A DNA stretch of 64,000 nt from Eledone cirrhosa (lineage: Eukaryota): NCBI GenBank assembly GCA_964016885.1, contig OZ024740.1, forward strand, positions 216,690,001 through 216,754,000, written 5' to 3'. Position 1 is the first letter of the stretch, and the number at the start of each line of letters is the position of its first letter. This document shows, in pieces, positions 13,847 to 26,074 of the stretch. Both the position numbers and the translations under genes were made by a program. The notes beneath the pieces are model-generated. The model did no database searches, had not been told where the DNA came from, and saw only the letters and a list, made by a program, of their open reading frames with translations.

Positions 13847-14403
13847 TAAAAAGTGCAGGGCGATCAAATTGTTGGAAGTAGGCAGACCCAGAAAAACCTG
13901 GAACGATTTGATAAATTTTGACCTTACATACTTACACCTCTCCAAGACAATTTCACTGGACTGAGATTTTTGGCGCTACGCAGTCACACAGAAGACCCGC
14001 CTTGCCTAAGTACAAAGCAAACTTACAGACAGTAGGCACATCTTAACCAAAAATACACCCCCATCCCACTACCTCTATGCCCACCCCTATCTACACCACC
14101 CCTTTCTCTGTAAAGTTATGTTGGTACCACAACATCCAGTCCTAAATAAATGAGGTCGTGTAGGTGTCTCGACAAAAAAAACACACAGTCCACGCTGTAA
14201 TGTGGCCGTGAAGTTAACGCGGTAAAAACCTCCCAGTCCACACTGTAAACGTGGTTGGTGTTAGGAAGGGCATCTAGCCGTAGAAAACCTGCCAGACAGT
14301 CCTATACGAGCAAGACAACCAATCTTGCCTCAAGTGGGACAATTCCTGTCTAAACCCATGCTAGCGTGGAAGATAGACGTTAAACAATGATGATGATGAT
14401 GAT
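13847..14403 (+). mobile_element. RTE LINE 3' fragment
   Basis: KKCRAIK...GRPRKTW peptide and a 3'UTR matching 3940-4500. Confidence 0.85.
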
Positions 14404-14442
14404 ATGTATATATATATATGTATGTATATATATATATGTATG

Positions 14443-14479
<37 letters not shown>

Positions 14480-14546
14480 GTATATATATATATGTATGTA
14501 TATATATATATGTATATGTATGTATATATATATATGTATATGTATG

Positions 14547-14578
<32 letters not shown>

Positions 14579-14717
14579 TGTATGTATATATATATGTATG
14601 CATATTAATGTATGTATATATATATATGCATATAGATGTATGTATGTGTGTATATGTATGTATATATATATGCATATATATGTATGTATGTGTGTATATG
14701 TATGTATTCTATTCTAT

Positions 14718-14977
14718 TCTAGGGCGGGTAAAATTCCCGAGATCCATGGACGAGTTCTCTCAAGCGGTCTCCATCCCTCATTATCACTGCCATGTCCTGC
14801 GTCTCCAACAGACCAGTGTGTATGGACACACTAGAAGAGGAAGACCAAGGTTAACATGTTGATGCGCTAAGGACAGACACTGGTCCGTTGGAGACGCAGG
14901 ACATGGCAGCGATAATGAGGGACAGAGACCGCTGGAGAGAACTCATCCATCGATCTCGGGATTTTACCCGCCTTAGA
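14718..14977. mobile_element. Divergent inverted pair of RTE-like LINE 3' ends (family of 46805-47097)
   Basis: 14718-14820 is the reverse complement of 14876-14977, and both match 46940-47098. Confidence 0.85.
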
Positions 14978-15120
14978 TATATGTATGTATGTATATATAT
15001 ATATGTATGTATATGTATGTATATGTATGTATGTATGTATGTATATATATGTATGTGTATGTATATATATATGTATGTATGTATATATATATGTATGTAT
15101 ATATATATGTATGTATATAT

Positions 15121-17905
15121 CATCATCATCATCATCATCACCGTTTTACGTCCGTTCTTCCACGCTAGCATGGGTTAGACGGGTTGTCCTGTTGTGGGCA
15201 GTGTCTGGTCGGCTGACCATGCCTTGCTCATACAGGAACTGATCTGGCTTGATTTCTACAGCTGGATGCCCTTCCTAACACCAACCTCATTTACAGTGAG
15301 TGCTGGGTGCTTTTTCGTGGCGCCTACACGTCCACTTTACAGTGTGGGCTGGGTACTTTTTTGCCGTGGCACCTCCACGACCACCTTGCGGTGGGGGGGG
15401 GGGGGGGCATATTGTTTATATGCTTCAGCATGTACCCATGGGAGGTCGGGTACCCTGTATTACTGCGTGACGCCAGAAGTCACGGTCGTGTGTCATTGAC
15501 TTTGAGAGGTGTAGTTGGGTAAGGTCGGCTTTTATCACCTCATCCCAAGTCATCTTGGGTCTCCCCACTCCGCGGTTTCCATCAACTTCTAGTGCTCTGC
15601 ACCTTTTTATGCAGCTGTCATCCTTCATACGCATCACATGTCCATACCAGCGTAACCGCCTCTCCTGCACGCAGCATTTGATTCCTCTTATGCTCAGTCT
15701 CTCTCTCAATTCATTTATGCTTTGTCGTTCACGTATATTACTGTTACACATCCATCGGAGCATGCAGGCTTCGTTTCTCTCTAATCTACGTAAGTCTTCC
15801 ACCTTCAGCGCCCAGGTCTCACTACCATGCAACATCGCTGTTCGGATACACGCATCATACAGTCTGCCTTTCATTCTGAGGGAGAAGCCTTTTGCAGCTA
15901 GCAGTGGTAGTAGTTCCCTAAACTTCTTCCATCCCGTTCTTACCCTAGTTATTGTACTTTCTGAGCACCCACCTCCGTTGCTAATTCGGTCACCTAGGTA
16001 GCAGAAGCTGTCTACTGTTTCTACAGGGCCCTCCCAGAGATTGGTGGTACTTGTTTCCTGTGGCTGTTTGCTTGCTGTTTCAGCACAGCTGCTGCATGTG
16101 AATCCTACATTCTTAATTAAGCTTCCTGAGATCCCGCTACATCTCTTGTGTACCCATTGTTTGCATTTGGGGCAAAGAATGGAGTTCCTACCTACACCTT
16201 TCCTACATACTGAGCAAGGCCATTTCCCTGAGGGGATCTGGGTTCTGTTTTCTCGTCTACTTATAAGGACCTTAGTCTTTGTCATGTTGACTTTGAGGCC
16301 CTTTCTCTCTAGTCCCTGCTTCCAGGTTTGGAATTTATTCTCTAGTTCTACCATAGATTCAGCTATGAGTGCGAGGTCATCAGCATACAGGAGTTCCCAT
16401 GGGCATCCGGTCTTAAACTCCTCCGTTATTGCCTGCAGGACTATGATGAACAGGAGAGGGCTAAGAACAGAGCCCTGGTGGACCCCAACCTGTACGCTAA
16501 ATTCCTCGCTATACTCATTGCCAATCCTAACTTTGCTGACTGCTCCCCTATACATGGCTTGTACCGCTTTCACAAGCCATTCATCTACTCCTAGTTTTCT
16601 AAGAGCCCACCAGATTACTGCACGTGGAACTCTGTCAAAGGCTTTCTCAAGGTCGACAAATGCCAAGTAGAGTGGCTTACTTTTAGCTAGGTACTTTTCC
16701 TGTAATTGCCTCACAAGGAAGAGGGCATCAGTGGTGCCTTTCCCTGGTACAAACCCAAATTGCATCTCATCTATATTCACCCGGTCCCTAATCAGCTGTG
16801 CTATAACTCTTTCTGTTACTTTCATGACCTGGTCCATCAACTTTATACCTCTATAGTTTCCTCTATCTAGTGCATCGCCTTTACCTTTGTAGCAGTTGAC
16901 AATGATGCTACTGCACCAATCTTTTGGTATGGCCCCCTCTAGTATTACCTAGTTAACGATACGTGTGGTTATAGTGTGACCTACAGACCCAGATGCCTTC
17001 AGCATCTCGGCAGCTATACCCGATGGACCGGTTGCCTTCCCTATCTTCATATCTCTGATTGCCTTACTTACTACGCTGCCGCTGACTTGTACTGCTGGTC
17101 CCTCTATAGGGTCTACGTGGGGTAGGGTCTCTTCTTCCCATGCATTCTCCTCATTTAGTAATCTATCATAATGACTCTTCCATGCATCTTTCTTCTCAGC
17201 ACTTGTGAGGGCAAGCTCACCTTTATCATTCCGGATACACTTCTCTCCAATGACATCACAACTATCTCTGACACACTGCCTCGCAATCTTGAATACCTCC
17301 TGTTTCTGGTCCTCACGTTGTAAAACATGCTTGAATTTTCTATCCTCTGCTTCCCTCCTAGCTAAGTATACTTGTCGCCTAGCTTCCCTCTTGGTCTCTA
17401 TGTAATGTACCCTGCTCCCCCCATTCTTCCATTCTTTCCATGCCTGTCTCTTGGCCTTGACTGCTTCATCTACCTTATTGTTCCACCACCAAGTCACTCT
17501 CCTCCTGCTTGAGGTCTTACTCCAGCCACAAACCTCATCCGTCGCCTCTAGTAAGTTATTTTTTAGGAACTCCCAGTTCTCTTCTACGTTAAATGTCTCT
17601 ATCTGTTCTTCTTTACTGTCGTAGGCGTTGAGTAAAATATCTTTAAATCTGTTACTGGTTGAGGGGACTTTCAGCTTCCAGATCTTTCTTCTCCAGGTTG
17701 GCCTCTGTTTCAAGGCTCGTCTAGTTCTGACCGTGAGGTCGCTGACAACTAAGCTATGTTGGGATGTACATTCCTCACTAGGGAAGGCTTTTGTGTTTAC
17801 GACCGTCCATCTGTCACGTCCTCTGATGAGGATAAAATCTAACTGACTAGAGTGCTCCCCTGATCTATAGGTGATCAGGTGGTTGTCGGGTTTTTTAAAG
17901 TTTGT
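15121..17905 (-). mobile_element. 5'-truncated RTE-clade LINE (APE C-terminus, RT, PHD-like Cys/His cluster, 3'UTR)
   Basis: A single frame 17905->15425 contains SQLDFILI...SQHSLV (APE end), [36 protein letters not shown] and CSVC..CPKCKQWVHKRC..CSSC. There is one TAG at 16949-16951 and a (GAT)n tail. Confidence 0.95.
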
Positions 17906-17926
17906 ATATATGTATGTATATATATG

Positions 17927-17957
<31 letters not shown>

Positions 17958-18017
17958 GTATATATATGTATGTATATATGTATGTATATATGTATCTGTA
18001 TATATTTATATTTATGT

Positions 18018-18623
18018 CAGGTCACCAGCTGGTGCTACTGGTAACATGTATCCCAGTACAACCTGTCCCATGGTCAGGTCGTTGGCGACTAAACTGGCCA
18101 CCCCACCAAGGTTTCTTGGTGAGGAGGGTGACTTTGGACATCCTGCGGGACTAAAAACAAAACCTGTCAAAGGGCAAAGGAGCTCTTAAGAGTCAATGGC
18201 CATCCAAAATCACCGGGAGAGATGACCCCTTAGCCTTTGTCAAGGCAGAATTCTAGGGAAGGAAAACTCTGATATAACACCTGCAACCCTGATGGTATCC
18301 AATGATGTTGACTTGTTCTTCTTTTTGGTAAATATCATCTTGGTTAAGAGAGTGGGACTGGCTTTGTGCAGTGCCTTTGCTCACTATAAAAGCTTCACGG
18401 CACAGGCATTGCTTTATATCTGGAGATCTCTCTGCACTTGTCGTCCTATGGTACCATGAGCCCAGCACTATGTGTCAATAATTGTCACAAGTGTAGTGTT
18501 TGTACCAGAGTTTTCAAGTCGCTGGCTGGACTAAAACGTCACATTCATTCAGCGCATCGGCAGGGTTCTCCTCCATGGATATAAAGTAGTGGCCGTACTC
18601 GAAAACGAGTTGGCAGCCACCAT
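18018..18623 (+). mobile_element. Putative bipartite non-autonomous LINE derivative retaining a C-terminal C2H2 finger
   Basis: The 5' block is homologous to 13110-13555. 18471-18584 encodes CVNNCHKCSVCTRVFKSLAGLKRHIHSAHRQGSPPWI*. Confidence 0.65.
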
Positions 18624-18624
18624 G

Positions 18625-18657
<33 letters not shown>

Positions 18658-18928
18658 ATATATATACATATATATCACAGCACTGTTAATTGCTATCGTG
18701 TGTGTGTGTGCATAGGTATGTTTGTGTCTGCGTGTGTGTGTATATATGTATATTATTACTGTTGTTGTTGTCGTTATTATTATTGTTATTATATTTTCTT
18801 TTTCCTCGTGTAAATCGTGTGTTTAATATTACGAGGGTTGAAGAACCACATTTGTTTGATATATTTAACCATGAGGCAGACAGGATGATAAAAATAAAAT
18901 TATACAGACTGCCTCAATAACAATGACA

Positions 18929-19010
18929 TCTCTCGGACAGATTAGGGAGTAATCTGTTTCACCCTGAGTGTGTTTGTAACAGATAATCCACGGGTATCAT
19001 CAGTGAGAGA
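18929..19010 (-). ncRNA. Type I hammerhead ribozyme motif
   Basis: UCUCUCA-CUGAUGA-U-ACCC...GGGU-GAAA-CAGAUUA(CUCCC)UAAUCUG-UC-CGAGAGA. Confidence 0.8.
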
Positions 19011-19324
19011 ATCTGATTAAATGCGACAAACACCTAATACTAACGTTCACACAGAAAAATGTTTAATACTACATATATTATTGTTATAATACTCAGATTT
19101 TATACTTTGATCTTGTTAATTACAGGGTTTCAGTATGAGTTTATTAACTCTACATTTCATTTATATTTCGGCTCCCTCCCTAGGTGAGCCTATAAAGTTG
19201 CGTGTATTGGACTGTTATTTCTGCCCAATCCACTCACACCACTTTTGACTTACAGCACACCAGGTGAAGAATTCATTTTTCTGTGTGAACCTTAGTATTA
19301 GGTGTTTGTCGCATTTAATCAGAT

Positions 19325-19406
19325 TCTCTCGCTGATGATGCCCGTGGATTATCTGTTACAAACACACTCAGGGTGAAACAGATTAATCCCTAATCTGTCC
19401 GAGAGA
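19325..19406 (+). ncRNA. Type I hammerhead ribozyme motif
   Basis: UCUCUCG-CUGAUGA-U-GCCC...GGGU-GAAA-CAGAUUA(AUCCC)UAAUCUG-UC-CGAGAGA, with a 7-bp stem I, an 8-bp stem III and a GUC site. Confidence 0.88.
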
Positions 19407-19574
19407 TGTCATTGTTATTGAGGCAGTCTGTATAATTTTATTTTTATCATTCTGTATGCTTCATAGTTAAATATTTCAAGCAAACGTGGTTCTTTAACCC
19501 TCGTAATATTAAACACACGATTTACTGTGTTTAATACTACATATATTATATATATATATATATATATATGTATA

Positions 19575-21340
19575 TCATCATCATTTTACATCCGCTTTTC
19601 CCTGCTTGCAAGGGTGGGACGGGTCTTATTCAGCACAGCATCTCGCCACTCGTCTACGGTCCTTCGTCATCTCCACCGTGAGCTTCAATGATCTGAGGTC
19701 TGTTCTCACCACCTCCGCCCATGTTTTTCGTGGTCTACCTCTACCACGTCTTCCTTCAACTGGCATTTCCTGGCACTTCTTCACCCATCGGTCAACCTCC
19801 ATGCGCATCACATGTCCATACCACCTCAGTCTCCCCTCCCGTACACTACATTCCCTCTCAGACACAGTTTCTTTCTCAACACATTCATGCTGGGTCGTTC
19901 ACGTACATTTACACTGCACATCCAAAGGAGCATGCTTGCCTCATTTCTCTCCAGCCGTCGCATATCCTCTGCAGTTCCTGCCCATGTCTCACTACCATGT
20001 AGCATCGCGCTCCTCACACAGGCATCATACAACCGGCCTTTCGTACGCAGAGAGAACCCCCTTCTTCGTCAGCAGAGGAAGCAGCTCCCTAAACTTCTTC
20101 CAACCCATCCTTATTCTAGATACTATGGCCTCGGAACACCCTCCTCCCATGCTAATCTGATCTCCTAGGTACCGGAAGCTATCCACCACTTCTATAGCGC
20201 CCTCCTGCATTTGAAAAATGTGTCTATCAATGCGACTTCTACTGTCTAATTTCCCTGTACATCTACTGCATACATATTTTTCCCTACCTGTTAGTTTGCT
20301 TGCTATCCCGCTACATCTCTTGTGTACCCAGGATCTGCATTGTGTGCATTTTATAGAATTTATGCCAGTTCCTTTTCTGCATATCGAACATGGCCATTTC
20401 CCTGACGGAATCAGAGTTTTGTCCTCTTTTCTACTCCTCAAGACTTTTGTCTTAGCTAGGTTCATTCTCAGTCCTCTTGCTTCCAACTGCTGTTTCCATA
20501 GCCAGAATTTATTCTCTACCTCCTCTACTGATTCTGTTATAAGAACCAGATCGTCAGCATAGAGAAGTTCCCATGGACAGCCAGTCTTAAACTCCTCTGT
20601 TATGGCTTGGAGGACTATAATGAACAAGAGCGAGCTGAGGACTGAACCTTGATGTACTCCTACTTGTATCTGGATTTCCTCAATAAACTCCATTCCTACC
20701 TTGACTTTACTGAGAGTACCTCTGTACAAAGTTTGCACTGTCCTCACAAACCATTCCTCAACACCTAGCTTCCTTAGTGACCAGATGACAGATTGGGGTA
20801 CCCTATCAAAGGCCTTCTCTAGGTCAACAAAGGCTAAGTATAGTGGCTTATTTTTCTCTAAGAACCTCTCTTGCAATTGTCTCACCAAGAAGAGGGCATC
20901 TGTTGTACTCTTCCCAGGCACAAAACCAAACTGCATCTCATCTAGTTTGACCCTTTCTCTAATTAGTTGTGCTAATATCCTTTCTGCCACTTTCATAACA
21001 TGATCCATCAGTTTTATACCCCTATAATTGCTCCTCTCCAGAGCATCCCCTTTACCTTTGTAGCAATTTATGAGAATACTGCTGCACCAGTCTTTGGGTA
21101 TGACACCACCATATATAGCCTGATTGATGATGTGTACAACCAGTTTAATGCCTACGTTCCCTGATGCCTTCAGCATCTCAGCAACTATTCCCAATGGTCC
21201 AGCAGCCTTACCATTTTTCATTTCCTTAATCGCCACTTGGACCCTATATTCGTCAATCTCAATAGCTGGTCCCTCTGTCGGATCTACTAAGGGTAATTTC
21301 TCTCTCTCCCAATCGTTCTCCACATTCATCAGTCTCTCAT
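19575..21340 (-). mobile_element. RTE-clade LINE fragment, second subfamily, frameshifted
   Basis: RT motifs [11 protein letters not shown] and YADD plus the PHD-like cluster are in ORF 20025-21340. The C-terminus is split across ORFs 19826-20032 and 19626-19865. Confidence 0.93.
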
Positions 21341-21341
21341 A

Positions 21342-21453
<112 letters not shown>

Positions 21454-21532
21454 GTGTGTATATATATGTATGTGTGTGTATACGTATATAAATATATATG
21501 TATGTATGTGTGTATATATATGTATGTGTGTG

Positions 21533-21585
<53 letters not shown>

Positions 21586-21604
21586 GTATGTGTGTATATG
21601 TATG

Positions 21605-21645
<41 letters not shown>

Positions 21646-21660
21646 GTATGTGTGTATATG

Positions 21661-21719
<59 letters not shown>

Positions 21720-22161
21720 ACGCCGTGAGCGTTATATTATCTGCATGATGTGGAAAATGTTCCATCATCACTGCCCAAATGATGTTGGCATCGCCTTCAA
21801 GATACACCCAAGGCTTGGGCCCCGTGCTATCCGTCCCATTCAAAAATATAAATCGCTACTCATAACAACAATACGGCACAATTATTTCACCTCAATCGGC
21901 CCTGCTCTCTTCAACATCACACCAGGACACGTCAAAACAGAAACTGACCACACAAAATTCAAGAAGTCTTTGGACAAATTCCTCCAAGTAATCCCGGACA
22001 AACCACCCACACCCGGATATGTCTCCGCAAACAGTAATTCTCTTCTCGAATGGGCCATGGTGCCCAAATCCTGAATTGAAAGACTTCGCCAGGTGGTGCT
22101 ATTAAGTTAGACATGGCCTGGGCCAATACTGGCCAAAACATTTCAAAGTTATTCAAAGTTA
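21720..22161 (+). mobile_element. CR1-like LINE 3' fragment
   Basis: [12 protein letters not shown]...GPALFNITP...[16 protein letters not shown] peptide, followed by a short 3'UTR ending in a repeated ttcaaagtta. Confidence 0.7.
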
Positions 22162-22247
22162 TATGTATGTATACATCTATGTATATATATATATATATAT
22201 GTGTATGTATACATATATGTATATATATATATATATATACATATATG

Positions 22248-22292
<45 letters not shown>

Positions 22293-22485
22293 ACATATAT
22301 GTATATATATATATATATGTATGGTTGGTGTCAGGAAGGGCATCAAGCTTTAAAAAGCTCAGCCAAAATACAGTTCTGTTTGAGCAAGGTATAGCATGGC
22401 CAACTGGCCAGACTTGTCTCATAACGTGGATGACCCGGCTAACCCATGTAAGCATGGAAAAATAGACATTCATTAAATGGTGATG

Positions 22486-22561
<76 letters not shown>

Positions 22562-24638
22562 TGTCTAACTCATACAGACATGAAAAATATATGTAAACCA
22601 TTGATGATGATACACATACACACACAGCTTTATAATTCATCTAAAGTTTATTTTTGATGAAAATACTAACTGAATTAAGACAATTTATATTTACTAAATA
22701 TAATTATAAAAGACTTTTATAGATTTTTTGGAAGAAAAACAAAAAATAGGTCATGTTATTGTAAGAAATGTTTTCTTCTAAACCTTCAACTTTGATATAA
22801 TTTGTTTGTTTTTTTATTATTTTTAAAATTTTACACAATAGAATGGTTTAGGTAGTCTTTCTTATTTGAATATGAATTGATTCAAGTCAGCAAGTGCTTT
22901 TGGCATTAGAATTTGTAAAGATCAGTGCCACATCTCTGAATATATTTGTTTTAGTTGTTTCATATTTATTTCTACATTTATTCATTCATTCATACATGCT
23001 CCACTACACATGTGTAGTTATTCACTGTTTCTATTTTTTTTTAATCTGTTTCCCTTTAATTTGATAGGTTATTATTATTATTGCCAAGGTTAACTTTGCC
23101 TTTCATCCTTATGGGTCGATAAAATAAAGTACCAGTAATGCACTGGGTAATTGCTGGCCTTGTGTCAAAGGTAGAATCAATCATTATTATTATTATGGAG
23201 ACCTTCCATAATAATAATAATCTAAATCTTAATTTAAATATTTAAATTCAGACACAATTAGCCTATGGAAACATAAGTTAAATATTTAGGAAAAATATAC
23301 TTAACCCATGCTAGCATGGAAGATGGGCGTTAAACGGTGATGATAGTAGAAGGGGGCAGTCTGCATATATTTAGGGTCAATATTTTGACAATTTCACAAA
23401 GATTAAGTAATGAAATACTGGATTATAAAGGCCACCTGTCACAGGGATCACAATGATTGGCAGACCACATCTGTATCAATTCTATTCTTTGTTTATATTT
23501 TATCACATCTTGTAACATAATCTGATGATGTAAGCTTTGTGACCATAGAAGTACGTATTGGGTATTTTTGCAACATTAAAGGAATTTTTGGAATCTGGCC
23601 TTCTTTTTTTCTTTGAAATATTTAACTCTATTCCTGCACCAAACCACATGATACAACATCTATGATGGATGATATGCATAACGTTGAGTGCTTTCACTTA
23701 TTGTATGACGGTTTAATCAGAATGACTAGATCTACCTATTAATTAAACCATTCAGCCTAAATGGTGCATTTCATTGGAGGACTAGTACAGTCAGTATGTT
23801 TATCATGGCTTCCAGCAGTAGAGGTCATCACATACTTGTCCAGCCTGGTGTGTCCTCTCTGAGTTTATATTGACTCTGTTAGATCACCAATGATTGTAAT
23901 CTCCAGTCTTTCACCATATTTATTTTTAGTGTCACAATACTTATATATACTGGTGGATGGCTCTTTTGAATTATGGCATATTGCCAGTCCACTTAATTCT
24001 GTATCAGCTCCTTTGTGATGTTCAGTTTTTTAAAGTCATTCTTCACAACTTCACCCCATGTCTTCCTTGGTATCCTTTTCCACAGGTTCCATCCATACTC
24101 AGTGCTCAGTTCTCCTCATGTAGTGCATGACCATACCAGCACAATCCTCTCTCTTCTATGTTACATTCAATTCCACTTATATTCAGTTTCTCTCTCAGCT
24201 CAACTTGTGCTCTGTCATTCATGTACACTAAAATTACATACCCTGCTACCTCAGATATTCTGTACATCTGGCAATTTGGACTCATGTATCATGTAATCTG
24301 CCCTTCACTCAGAGAAAGAAGCCTGTTGTTGCCAACAATGATAACGGGGGTATTTTTTAATATCTCTGTGTGTATCGATAGTACGTACATATATTTATTT
24401 TTTTAATATCCAATTAAGTTCTTAAAGATGTGGTTAGAATACCTAAAAGGGTTCAATGACCTACCTGTATATTATTTTATATTTTACGATGACCTCCCCT
24501 TCCCTTTTGGGGACAGCGTGAAATTTCTTTTTGAAGGACTACTGGGCTTTCAAACTTGGCGGTCCTTCTAGCACTGACAGAGACCATCACTGATAAATTA
24601 ATATCCATGTAGTTATTTATATTGATATTGCATGGGCA

Positions 24639-24761
24639 TCCACTGATGAGTTATAAGGGCCCACTTGTGTGTATATCTATGGATTATATACAAGTTTCTA
24701 CATAACTTGGACATTATTTCACCCACCTTGTAGAAATCTTATAACGAAACAATCGTATGGA
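24639..24761 (+). ncRNA. Type I hammerhead motif with an about 80-nt insertion in stem II
   Basis: UCCA-CUGAUGA-GUUAUAAG-(N80)-CUUAUAAC-GAAA-C(AAUC)G-UA-UGGA. Confidence 0.8.
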
Positions 24762-25009
24762 AAGAAAGAGAGATTTATTTAAAATAATACAACCAGCTAT
24801 CCACGAAATACTGTATAGTTAACACCCCAAACACTTAATTGGGATTATACTCAGGTATATCCTAATGTTTGTTGAGTGAGATGGAGTTGGTCAGAGTGTC
24901 GCTGAAAGCTTTCTCTGTTAATGTATTAAATATATATATATATATTTCATTTCGCCTTGTTTTTGTTGTCTTATCTTCTCTTTGTTAATTTTTTTCAGTT
25001 TTATACATA

Positions 25010-25062
<53 letters not shown>

Positions 25063-25244
25063 ATTATTACTATATATATATATATTATTATTATTACTAT
25101 ATATATATATTATTACTATATATATATATATTATTACTATTACTATATATATATATATATATATAAAAATGTATATTGAGTAATCTTTTAATTGTGATTA
25201 CCCCTGATTTCAATCAGGATCTATATATATATATATATATACTC

Positions 25245-25618
25245 ATTTCATTCATTTCATTTCATTTTACGTCCACTTTTCCCTGCTTGCAAGGGTGAGA
25301 CAGGAACTGATTCTGGCTTGATTTCTACAGCTGGATGCCCTTCCTAACACCAACCTCATTTACAGTGAGTGCTGGGTGCTTTTTTGCCGTGGCACCTCCA
25401 CGACCACTTTGCAGTGGAATGATAGGGACCCCAGTCCCTATCATCTCATTTCTACAGCTGAGGAAACTGGAGCAATGTGAAATAAAGTGCCTTGCTCAAG
25501 GAAACAACACATCACTCGGTCTGAGAATTGAACTCACAACTTTTCGATTGCAAGGCCAATGCTTTAACCACTAAGCCATGTGCCTCCATTGCTCTAACCA
25601 CTAAGCCATGTGCCTCCA
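25245..25618 (-). mobile_element. tRNA-head SINE with RTE tail and a duplicated 5' end (about 30 bp)
   Basis: Same family as 10668; gct(t/c)taaccactaagccatgtgcctcca occurs twice. Confidence 0.85.
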
Positions 25619-26074
25619 TATACATATATATATATACATATATATGTATATACATATATATGTATACTGTTTATGAAAAAAAAAACCAAAGAATCAATGC
25701 GTTTCCTAACTAACTCATGTTTCTGCCAGTAGTTTCAACTTAATAACAATATTCTTATTGTTATTAATAATTGTTTCTACTTTAGGCACAAGGCCAGCAA
25801 TTACCAGTGCATTACTGGTACTTTATTTTATCGACCCCGTAAGGATGAAAGGCAAAGTCAACCTCGGCGGGATTTGAACTCAGATCGTAAAGGGATGTAA
25901 CTATGCTGGAAAGCATGGCGTCCGACCCTCTACCAATACTGCCAATCATTATATATGTGTGTGTGTGTGTGTTTGTGGATATAAACGTAGACAGAGCAGT
26001 TGTACATGTGTATGCATGTATATAATTTTAGATGTTAACTTCGAAGTAATCCCATTGTCAGTGTCTGATGATAT

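Larger units (their letters stand above)
18810..19549. mobile_element. Hammerhead-bearing fold-back element (about 250-bp inverted arms)
   Basis: 18810-19061 is the reverse complement of 19274-19525. A 22-nt direct repeat occurs at 19060 and 19528. Confidence 0.85.

Noticed and set aside
15555-16670. Plus-strand ORFs of 148 and 209 aa (also 54735-55718 minus)
   Set aside because: Antisense shadows of LINE coding sequence.
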